Shown here in pieces: positions 53,059 to 64,000 of a DNA stretch of 64,000 bases; position 1 is the stretch's first letter, and the number at the start of each line of letters is the position of its first letter. Under the pieces are notes generated by a model. That model made no database searches. It was not told the origin of the DNA and was given only the letters and a program-made list of their open reading frames with translations. Source of the stretch: Octopus sinensis (taxonomy: Eukaryota); the NCBI RefSeq assembly GCF_006345805.1, contig NC_043009.1, positions 14,570,001 through 14,634,000 of the forward strand, read 5' to 3'. The translations under genes were made by a program, and so were the position numbers.

Positions 53059-53060
<2 letters not shown>
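52770..53060 (+). mobile_element. Second, decayed Naiad-type GIY-YIG fragment
   Basis: Hand translation LYKSRV..VYRVLTAAFK*RLYNYR..TSLASHV*QFDDEGTPYEIKWWVI..RCKLCIGERARIL; abuts (CA)n. Confidence 0.65.
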
Positions 53061-53142
<82 letters not shown>

Positions 53143-53688
53143 CATACATACATACATGTATAAATATATATATATATATATAAAATTAGATTTAAAAAAA
53201 CACCTTTTAACAATTCAAAATGATCAATTAAATTACAAATAATATTCCCTCAAATAATTATTATATATATACGGCGAAAGACCTAGCTTGAGTGCCAACA
53301 TTCCGATATTATTTTACAGGACTTAGAAAGACTGAAAGACCGATGCAATATAGGTGTGAATGAACTTTTCAGCATCTCTCGTATATAGTATGTGAACTCG
53401 AATGCCGGAAAATACACCGGAGAATACGCCAAGCAGTTGCTTCTAGGTAAACGAGAAGACATTGTTCTGCAGAATTGGCTCGAAGTCATAGAAGATCGGG
53501 ATTTAATGGTTATCTATTGTTTCTATTCTATACTCAATTTACGTTATCTTCTCGTTGGGAAATTCATTTACGTTTAAGCGCAATTACATTTCATTTCTTT
53601 CGGAAAACTCAGGAGGTATATATCTGTATGTTATATATATATATTATATAATATATATATATATATATAATATATATATATATAATAT

Positions 53689-53751
<63 letters not shown>

Positions 53752-55131
53752 AACATAAAGATATATATACATATATATATATATGTTAAATGGTTGAATA
53801 AGATTCATCCTTTAATTTGGAGGTCTCTATTTTTAACCTCTCTTCTCCATTTCTATAAATTCACAACACATATACATACATACACACACACATATATATA
53901 TAAAATAATACACACACACATAGATATAAAATAATAAAACTAAACTGCAATCCATCGTTTCTGAGTAATTGTTCTTCCTGTAATATATATTTAAGATAAC
54001 AGGCCTATTAACATTATCACCACATAGAATCTATTAAAATGCGTGTGTATTTGGATGGGTGTTGTTATTGTATGTGGTCGTATGTTTCGCTCAGTGTATC
54101 TATACGAATCAACCCTTGTCTGTATCGAATGAGTTAGAAGGTAATGAAAAACAAAAATACATAAACGATATTCACAATTAAAAGCTTTCATATTTATATT
54201 CATATATAAAGGAGTATATACGGACGCGTAAACAGTGCTGCACTGTTATACTAATAGTATTCAGCTGTTACCGTTTATTTATTAATAATAACGTATCATA
54301 TGTAATGTGTAATACATATGTGATATATATTGTGGTAACCGATACATATCTTACTGTTTTATGAGATCAATTACTGTAGAAATCCATTCCCCACAACCTC
54401 GTCACTCATAACTGAAACCTACTGCTATTTCTCCAAGTGTGTTCGAACATATCTCACAGGGACGACTAAAAATTATATTGTTTATCCTTTAATTATCCTT
54501 TACTTCTTTTTGCAGTTTATTCAGGGAGGAAAGTGCAATGAGCAGATCAGTAAGATATGACAAGGGACAACTGGAAGCGAAGCATTTATCCTAAACCAGA
54601 AGTATGATCCGAATATTACTACAGAATGAAGTCTTCTAGAAACCCCTAAGTCATTAAATCATCCAGAAGATGAAGTCTGCCATCAATTTAAATTGCTATC
54701 GTTATACACATAACAGTATTGCTTTTGTTGAGATTCACAAGTGCAACGCATACAGGCACAACGCAATCTGTACGTATATCAAAAGGTTAATTTAGTACAG
54801 AGATAGAGTAAACTTTACACACAGAGGCATTCCAAATATTCCATGACAAAGTTAACGTGAGTGCAGAATAATATTTGTGTCACCAACGTATGTGTGTGTG
54901 GGGGGTGGGGGTGTCTGTGTAAGTATATCTGACTATTTTGATCATGAAATACCTATAATATAATATTAGTAAATATTCTCATCAACTTCAAATATTTGGA
55001 GTCTTTCATTGTACATAAATGATTTCCTTAAACAGTAATACATACACATACACACAAACACAGACAAACACGCACACACACACATATATATATATAGACA
55101 CACATACACCAATGTTAATGTGTATATATAC

Positions 55132-55444
55132 ATATATATGAAAAAACAAGTCAAAAATAGAAAATGCTAAGATAATTTTATAGTGAACATTTCAGTACCG
55201 GTTTCGGTCCGACCTCCAACACACAAGTGCAAACAAGGGAGTCAGAGAAAGGCAGAATGCTACTTATATCTGAACACTACTATAGAAATATTCCTTTAAA
55301 AAAACTTTTCTTCTAATTTTTCTAAATTTAATTATTTAATCGTTACAGTTGAAAAGGTCTCAAAATGACCGAAACCGGTACTGAAATGTTCACTATAAAA
55401 TTATTTTAGCATTTTCTATTTTTGACTTGTTTTTTCATATATAT
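55132..55444. mobile_element. Penelope-type fold-back: 78-bp inverted arms (1 mismatch) with a hammerhead-like motif at 55346-55383 (+)
   Basis: 55132-55209 = reverse complement of 55367-55444; CAG-UUGAAAA-GGUC UCAAAAU GACC-GAAA-CCGG-UA-CUG. Confidence 0.7.
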
Positions 55445-57139
55445 CAACTCGTGTGTTCCTTTTCACCCTTATACATATACATATATATATATATACATTT
55501 ATACATATATATATATACACACACATATATACAGACATATAAATATATATGCATGTATGAGTGTATGTGTGTGTATGTGTGTATATATGCATATATTCCA
55601 GCAATACATACACATACACACAAACACACACAAACGCACACACACACATATATATATACACATACACCAATGTAAATGTGTATATATACATATATATATA
55701 TACATATACATATATATATATACATACACGCACATATATACAGACATACATGTACATATGCATACATACAAACATATATATATGTATGAGTGTATGTGTG
55801 TGTATGTGTGAGTACATATGTGAGATTATGTATCGGTGTGAGCGTGTTTTCAAAAAAAAAACATATACTACTGAAAAAAAGGAAAAAATCCGTAACATAT
55901 ACCCATGTGCTCATGATCGTATTACACATGTTCAATAAAACATGCACTTACATGTGTACGCATGTGTCCCCTGTGCAAATATACGTATATGTGAATGTAT
56001 ATATGTGTAGTATGGCCCTGTGTGTACATGTGTGTCAATGGCTGTGTATATGTGTGTAGTTGCGCGCGTGTTGTGTATGACACTTGATACATGTCATATG
56101 AAACAAAAGCAGATATTGAAAATAACACAAAAGGCTTATTTGGTTTCCCAATCATGTTACTTATAAATATCAAATAGATGGAATGAACAGAAATTACTCT
56201 AAATAATTAAAACGAAGTGATAATTGCTTTGCTGAGCGGAAAATACTTTATATAAGAGAAAATGATAGAAATATATGATGGATTGCATTTATAACATTCG
56301 CTATTGTTGTCCTGTTACGATAAAAGAAACGATCAATCTAATTTATCACATGCTGCTCCTATATTATTAATTGTATGCGCGTCTAAATCCATTTGACCCT
56401 TTAAAACATTTATATTTATCTTTATCATTATGAGTTGCCCATGCATATTTGAATTCAATTAACCTGCTGTAGCAGAGGATCAATTTCTTCCGCTTAATGT
56501 GTATTACATAGTGTGTCGTTTAAAGTTCAAAATAGGACATGGAAGAAATATTGTAACAACGATATTTTAGTTTCTATTGAGGTGGTATAACATAATTATT
56601 GTATTTTGATAAAGTTTATTTTAACAATATTGTAGTTTTCTAATCAAGTATCTTTCTGCCGTTCTTCTAGTGCATCTCTTTATTATAGTTTTTCACTTGT
56701 GTGTATATTCATCACAATTCGCCGCGGAGCAAATGCAGTAATTGTGGTTGGAATATATAAACATACATACAGACAGACATGTGTGTATGTATGTATGCGA
56801 ACATACATACACACATTCACCTACGACTGGTACAAATTCACATTTACCTACGACTGGTAAGGGCGGGTACTCACTTTCCATGGCGTATATGAATGACCGA
56901 GAACAAATTTCTTCCTTGCGGGACGAAGGTCTCTTGCTGAATTCAAGGCCTGCAATTTTGAGCAGTGATAGAAGGCAAATCTATCATTCAGCAATAGTTA
57001 TTTAATTACACCGGCATTCACCATAAAGAAGAAATATAAAAAGTCTCTAAATGTGACTAGGTTATTAAGGAATACCTACATTGCTAGAAATAAGAGCTAA
57101 ACCGCTCTAATACTGCAAACAACGCACCTAAATGAAAAC

Positions 57140-57285
57140 ATGTATACACTAACAAGGACCAAAAGTGCCAATCGTGAATTTTTGACACTGACGAGTCAGT
57201 TTCGGCAATTTCTGTTGCCTCCTCAGTTAAGCGATGTTGGGGGAACAAACAGACAGACAGACACACACACAAACACATACACACA

Positions 57286-57377
<92 letters not shown>

Positions 57378-57545
57378 CGACGGGTTCTTTCAGTTTCCAT
57401 CTACCAAATCCACTGACAAGGCTTTCGGCGCCCCAAGGCTATAGAAGAAGACACTTGCCCAAGATGTCACACAGTGGGACTGAACACGGTACTATGTGGT
57501 TGGTAAGAAAGTTACTTACCACACAGCCACTCCTGTGCCTATATA
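57140..57545 (-). mobile_element. SINE family A with expanded internal (CA)/(TA) tract
   Basis: ttaccacacagccactcctg head; ttcagtttccatctaccaaatccac; taagcgatgttgggg. Confidence 0.85.
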
Positions 57546-57784
57546 CATGCATGCATCCATCCATACATACATACATAAATACTTGCACGCACATATGGAT
57601 AAGTTTTAGTAACAGAAGTAGATCTGGTACCGAATAGCAAGAACACAATAACACTACAAAAACTATCATAAGAAGCTCTCTCCTATTGATATATTGTGCT
57701 AGAAAGCATAGAAGTATCAGCAGAGAACTGAAATAGACACATATCTATATCTATATCTATATCTATTGATATATAGCAATAGAG

Positions 57785-57950
57785 CTACACACGTGCTGTT
57801 GGCGATTTCTTTTCCGTCTTTGGAAATTTCCCTCTTTATTTTCTGATGAAGAGTTATGCTCACAAAATCTCTCTTTCTACCGAGTGTCAAACTAATACAT
57901 TCCTTGTGCTCGTCAACTTGTTTACTGCTAAATTTATTCGTTTATTGTTC
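57785..57950 (+). mobile_element. Decayed Penelope-type terminal fragment
   Basis: gttggcgattt..ctgatgaagagttatgctc resembles the reverse complement of 25217-25425; GAAA lost. Confidence 0.45.
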
Positions 57951-57965
57951 ATTTGAATTGAATAT

Positions 57966-57996
<31 letters not shown>

Positions 57997-58097
57997 AATA
58001 TATATATATCTATATACATATATATACATACATATACATACATACATACATACATACATACATACATACATGCACACATACATACATATATGCATGT

Positions 58098-58310
58098 ATC
58101 AGTCGCCATGATAGTTCGTTAGCCACTACACACATTTCTTTCTCTCCTTTTTTCTCTCCTTGTTTTTTCTGTGTTCCTTTCTGTAGAAGAGCGTAGGCTC
58201 GAAACGTAAAAGACTTTTTCTATTTCTGAGCGTTATACCAATACATCCGTTTGTTTTGTACACCACCTGTCTTCGTCTTTTGTTTTTTGTTATTTTTCGT
58301 AAACTCTCCC
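58098..58310 (+). mobile_element. Penelope-type terminal fragment family X, copy 3
   Basis: Hammerhead-like motif at 58177-58212; TA/TACA tracts on both sides. Confidence 0.7.
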
Positions 58311-59049
58311 TACATATATATATATACATACATGCACATATATTTTGTTGTACCTAAGGATACGGATTTTGACACCGTTGTTAATACACGAACAGATTCT
58401 ATTCCATGCCTTTATTTTTACTCAACTGGTTGAATATCTAACTAGTTAATCGATTGTTTGTTTGATTTGAATAAACAATCAGTCATTTGCTATAAAATTA
58501 GCATGCATTGTAGGTCTCCCGGTATGTGACCTGCCATGAATATCAAAACTAGTCGTGAAACTGTAAATTGATAACAGAATGTGAGATTGCTTCAACCTAA
58601 TAGAATTCAAAATTTATTTTCCTGCTATTACGTGTCCCCCTATTTGCTGTGAAATTTGTGCTTTCTACAATTGCGTTTTATTCCTTCTTAATTATAAACT
58701 ATCATTTTGTTCTATTTAGTTTTAGATCCCCCTAATAAATAGTGATGATTGTCAATGATTTAAGGCTGTTTGCGTGACATATTGGAATATGACATTGCTT
58801 TTTAGAGGGCTGTCTTACCAAGAAATAATTCTCCATGTCGTAATCGTTTCAGAAATCTGAAATAATTGGGTTGTGTGACAGTGAACTTACTGCAAAAGTT
58901 ACTTTACTATGACAGCCCGTGTTTTCTCGAAGTTTGCTGTTCGAGTAAAAGATTTTGAAATTGAAATCTCTCGGCTATTTTGATGCGTCTTTGATGCATA
59001 TCTTTAGATTTTTATCATAATCTCTCCTTAGATACAACAAAATATATTT

Positions 59050-59800
59050 CAGCATAAAATACACTATATGGGAATATTTATAGAAACAGTGTGGTTGTTC
59101 TCAACAACAGTCAAGTGCTAGGGAACATATCTCCGGACGAAAAGTACCTGTCTGTTGCCCCGATCTCTCTGGATTCTTCACACGGTGTTTTACTGTCAGA
59201 TTATGTTATGACTCTAACTGGCCCAGAATATATCGATTTTCCTCCACATTTTTCTTTTTATATTTGCTATCACTATAATGTCCATTTCTATGGAGTTCAT
59301 TGCACGCTTCGTTTCTCTCTAAACAACTGCCCCTGAGCGCTATCGACAACCATTTCCGATATCCAATACTAAATCTGCGTTAATTCCAAGACTTGTCTTT
59401 TCGGAAACATCATTCAACTGATTTGCATCAGTCTTATGTCATTGAATATTGCATAAGAACAATTGCTACACGTTCAAGAAAGAAAAATATTGTACCTTTC
59501 TTAAGCATGAAGAGCAAGTAGTTAGGTCCTCATCGTATCTGTAAGCTTTTGAATAGGGCATACCTACAGCAATGACTGCATTGAGCCTTCTACTAGCTCT
59601 CCATATTAGGATGTCCGTCTTCAACAAAGCTGAAAGGAAACTCAAAGAATAATGAACTATTGCCTCCGAAAATGGAATGATACTGATATTTCTTATTCAA
59701 ACATCGTGAACCGCATCCAAATAACCCCCAGTCGTCTGAGTAGCGTGAATTTATTGACCATTATGCTTTAAATTCTAGTACACAAATCTATTGTACCCTT
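59050..59800 (-). mobile_element. Possible very old RTE-like RT relic
   Basis: RYDEDLT (cf. YADDL), LNDVSEKTSLGIN (cf. S..GL.IN) in expected order; weak. Confidence 0.25.
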
Positions 59801-61372
59801 TCTTTATTTTTCTGCTACTGGGAATTCTCCTTTTTGGACTTCTCTGACCTTTTGGCTTCCCTATACAACCAGCCCAATTTCACCCACTAATCCTTTCGTA
59901 ACCCAAACTGAATAACCCCATATTTCTTCAGCCTTCCATTTTCAAGTGCTTAAGAGGAACTTTAGCCACCTATTTCGAGGGTGAGAGGCTGTAGCGCCTA
60001 TGGGTGCAGCCCTCTAAATTAGACCTAGACAATAAAAATATTGACCGCAATAAGTAAATAATATCAGTCAATGTACTATAGTAAGTAAGCGATAAGTGGA
60101 TATCATGTTCACAACATTAATATAATTTACATATCCCTGAAAATGACCTTATATATACATTAAAATACAAATGGAATATAAAGCTGGGCATTGTTAAAAA
60201 AACCTTGTAAATCACTTTTCTTTCTTTATATTTCCTGTTAGTTTCAAAACTTCTAAAATTGCAACTGTTAAATAGAATTAAACTCGCACTCTTTTAAGGT
60301 ATACACTTAACAATGATTTTATAATGGAAGTCGATTTTCTCTGTCTTACATCTTTATTTTGATGCTTTAATTGGTCAAGAGTCTTGCTAACGAGCTGGGT
60401 TCTTTTTGTATGTAAACACTCAGCTTCAATGAAGCCACTACACTTCTGCATATTCTTTCATGGCAGCCATAGGGGAATAATTAAATTACGAGCGAGACGG
60501 AAATAGGTTGTCTTGGAAGAGCTGAACTTCAAAGAAACGAAATCTATTGATTATCTAGCTCATTTATGACGATCAACAACAATGAAAGAATCAGAAACGT
60601 ACCTACTTACATACTGATCCACATACATTTACACAGAAAGGCAGGCAAACATTACGATGTACATATATCTGTACAAAGTTTTACCAACATCGACAGAGAA
60701 TACATACATTTTGTCAAGTGTCACCACATAAACACTGTTACTTGCATATTCTTAGTTTTACTTATAATCACATGAATGCGATGATAATTTAAACGCGTTC
60801 TCCACTCATCATATTGCAAATAAAACAGTACTCACGTTCATACATTCACGTTCATATATACATTCGAGCATACACTCTGACGCAGTAAGTATACGATGCA
60901 TACAAACATACATTAATATAGAAACTTGTTACCAAAAACTGCTGGCTTGAGAGAGTGTGTTATATAAATCACAGCCACTTATTGAGGGAAAATTACATTC
61001 ATGCTTCATTTAAAACAGGAAGAGGGAGAAAATGTGTGGCTGCATGTATATATATGTGTGTATGTGTGTATTATTGTATTTGCGAATGTGGATTGTCAGG
61101 GAATGTATATGTATATAAGAGAGTGTGTATGTGTGTTTGTATGTCTGTGAAGATTTTTGTTTTGCTTTTATTTGATAACTAACGGCTGAATAGCTTCCAG
61201 GGGCAATCTGTATGAGGATACTCGACTTCCGTCTGGCTGGAGGGCAGAACCACCTTCATTATCTTCTATCCGAACAATTAATTATTAATACATACATTTC
61301 TGAAGAGCTAGAGAAAATCTAGTTATATGAAGCCGTTATTTTAACACACATACATATCCAAGTGCATCACTC

Positions 61373-61445
<73 letters not shown>

Positions 61446-62471
61446 TATATACATATATATATATACATATATATATATATACATATATATATATAAATAT
61501 ATATTTCTATGTATGTATGTATGTAGGTAGGTAGGTTGATAGGTAGGTAGGTATGCGTATGTGTGCACACGCGTGTGTGTATGTCCATATATATATACAT
61601 ATATAAACACACACACATGTATATAAACACACACATATACATACGTATATGTGTATTTATAACTATAAACACATACACATGTAAACATAGATTGACGCAC
61701 ACACACATGTCTCTCTCTATTCATCATCTATCAGTCTATCTATCTGTGTGTGTGTGTGCGTGTGTGCGTGTGTGTGTATTTGTTTAAAATCTTACATATA
61801 TACCGTTTCGTTTTATATAGGAGAAATCTATTGTGCAAATTTCATTCAGGTCCTGAGAGTAATGAAGAAAATGCAAATGTAGAAATTTCAAAATCGAATA
61901 TACTTAAATACTTTGTTTCCGTCGAAATAGAGAAATGGATTTAGACAACGAAAAGTGCATGAAAATTGTCTAATACTAAGTGGGCTATTTACTTACCCGA
62001 TACATTAATGAACTGCCCTTCCTGATAGATACAAATGAGCAAATACAGCTCTCGTGAATCCCTTCATTGCTTTGATATGTCTGTGTTGACACAAATAGAG
62101 AATTGGCGAAATTATATAAATTAAGAATCATTTACAAACATTGCCAAGAAATGTACTTTCGAAGATGTATGTAAATATGCATGTATGATCCTTTGTGTGT
62201 AAGTATGTAGCCATGTATAGCTATAAGAATATAAGTGTGTATAGAAGCTGGTATGTATGTTTGCATATATGTATGCACGTATCTATATCACGGTACGTAT
62301 GTACAGTATGTAAGTATGTATGGTATGTATGTATATATATATATATATACATATATAGGTATATGTGTATATATATGTATATATACATATTTCAGTAAAT
62401 GTATATGTATATATATATATATATATCAGTAAATGTATGTATATATATTTATATATATATATATATATCTA

Positions 62472-62547
<76 letters not shown>

Positions 62548-62668
62548 TATAGTACAAATTTATTTACAGAAAGCAAAAGACGAAGATAGGTGTAGGAAAA
62601 ACAAGCTAATGCTCGGGAAAAATGGAAGGATCTTTTCGGTTTGAATGGCAGTTTTTAACTATAATTTC

Positions 62669-63077
62669 TAGGCGCAGGAGTGGCTGTGTGGTAAAGTAGC
62701 TTGCTAACCAACCACATGGTTCCGGGTTCAGTCCCACTGCGTGGCATCTTGGGCAAGTGTCTTCTGCTATAGCCCCGACCAATGCCTTGTGAGTGGATTT
62801 GGTAGACGGAAACTGAAAGAAGTCTGTCGTATATATGTATATATATATATGTATGTGTGTGTGTTTGTGTGTCTGTGTTTGTCCCCCTAGCATTGCTTGA
62901 CAACCGATGCTGGTGTGTTTATGCCCCCGTCACTTAGCGGTTCGGCAAAAGAGTCCGATAAAATAAGTACTGGGCTTCCGAAGAATAAGTCCCGGGGTCG
63001 ATGTGCTCGACTAAAGGTGATCCTCCAGCATGGCCGCAGTCAAATGACTGAAACAAGTAAAAGAGAAAGAGAGAATG
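62669..63077 (+). mobile_element. SINE family A, full length, least diverged copy
   Basis: gcgcaggagtggctgtgtggtaa..ggttccgggttcagtccc..gcatggccgcagtcaaatgactgaaacaagtaaaagag. Confidence 0.92.
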
Positions 63078-63854
63078 AGTAACTAAACACATTTAAACTT
63101 CGTATACTGGTAGAATGTGTTTATAAAAGATCTTTTTCTCTTGGCTTTATTGAGAAAATTCTATAGTTTGTAAGATATTTGTGGTTTTTTCTTCAATTTC
63201 TGCAATTTCAACCAATCAATGACGTCTATTGAGGTGAAAACATTCTGTGCCGTATGAAAATGCCCCTCGTTTAAGAAACAGATTGGGTTTATTTATATTT
63301 GTGAAGAAAAAAGATACCCTTCCCCCCAGCACTAACCCTAACCCTAAAAGAGATTGAAATGTAATAGATCGATTCTAGGGTCATAATTATGGGTGACAAT
63401 TTCATATGACACCGCTAGAAAAACTGTCGTTCAAACCGAAAAATCCAAACCGAAACTTCGTTTACGTTTCGAACTTATGCTCTTCGACAGTAAAGTTTAA
63501 GAAGAAAAAAAATCGGAGAGAGAAAACATAGGCAGAGTTAAACCGCCCAATATGGCGATATGAGTAAAATAAACACAGAGTTTGAATGAAAGGGAGATAA
63601 TAACAATAATAATAACATTAAAGGTAATGGTTAGTCCAACGTACAATGTTGCGCAAATGTGTGTGTGTGTGTGTACGTGAGAATGATGTGGGTGAGTGTG
63701 TATGTTAGAACGATGTGTGTGAGTGTGTATGTGTGAATAGGGGGCCTGAGTTGCGTGTAGCAGTTGACGTGTGCTTGTTCAGGTGACGTGTGCACGTGTA
63801 TATGTGTGTGTACGTGTGTTTCTGTGAACAAATAATGTGCGTGTGTATTGTGTA

Positions 63855-64000
63855 TACTCTTTACTCTTTTACATGTTTCAATCATGTGACTGTGGCCATG
63901 CTGGAGCACCGCCTTTAGTCGAGGAAACCGACCCCAGGACTTATTCTTTGTATGCCTAGTACTTATTCTATCGGTCTGTTTTGCCGAACCGCTAAGTGAC
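63855..64000 (-). mobile_element. SINE family A 3' end (runs off window)
   Basis: Reverse complement of the 62930-63070 tail. Confidence 0.88.

Noticed and set aside
63330-63346. ctaaccctaacccta telomere-like repeat
   Set aside because: Only about two units inside what looks like an ordinary interspersed repeat

Overview
AT-rich, microsatellite-dense animal genomic DNA. The SINE/LINE/microsatellite repertoire resembles an octopus (coleoid cephalopod) genome; this is an inference from family recognition, not a database hit. No host protein-coding gene is recognisable, and almost all entries in the ORF track are translated microsatellites. The window is mostly transposon debris: (i) about 7 fragments of R4/Dong-clade restriction-like-endonuclease LINEs in the first 17 kb, interleaved with five copies of a ~557-bp non-coding element that sits in (AAT)n tracts; (ii) CR1 and RTE reverse-transcriptase relics; (iii) a near full-length decayed Tc1/mariner and two MITE-like foldbacks; (iv) at least 14 tRNA-type SINE copies; (v) three Penelope-like (GIY-YIG) fragments and about 11 short Penelope-type ends carrying minimal type I hammerhead-ribozyme motifs, mostly beside (TA)n tracts. 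The best leads are the hammerhead/Penelope set (one motif at 44642-44719 has a fully canonical core), the AAT-embedded 557-bp element, fold-back insertions, a SINE GGTATT insertion junction and a candidate recursive splice site. All structures and alignments were read by eye.
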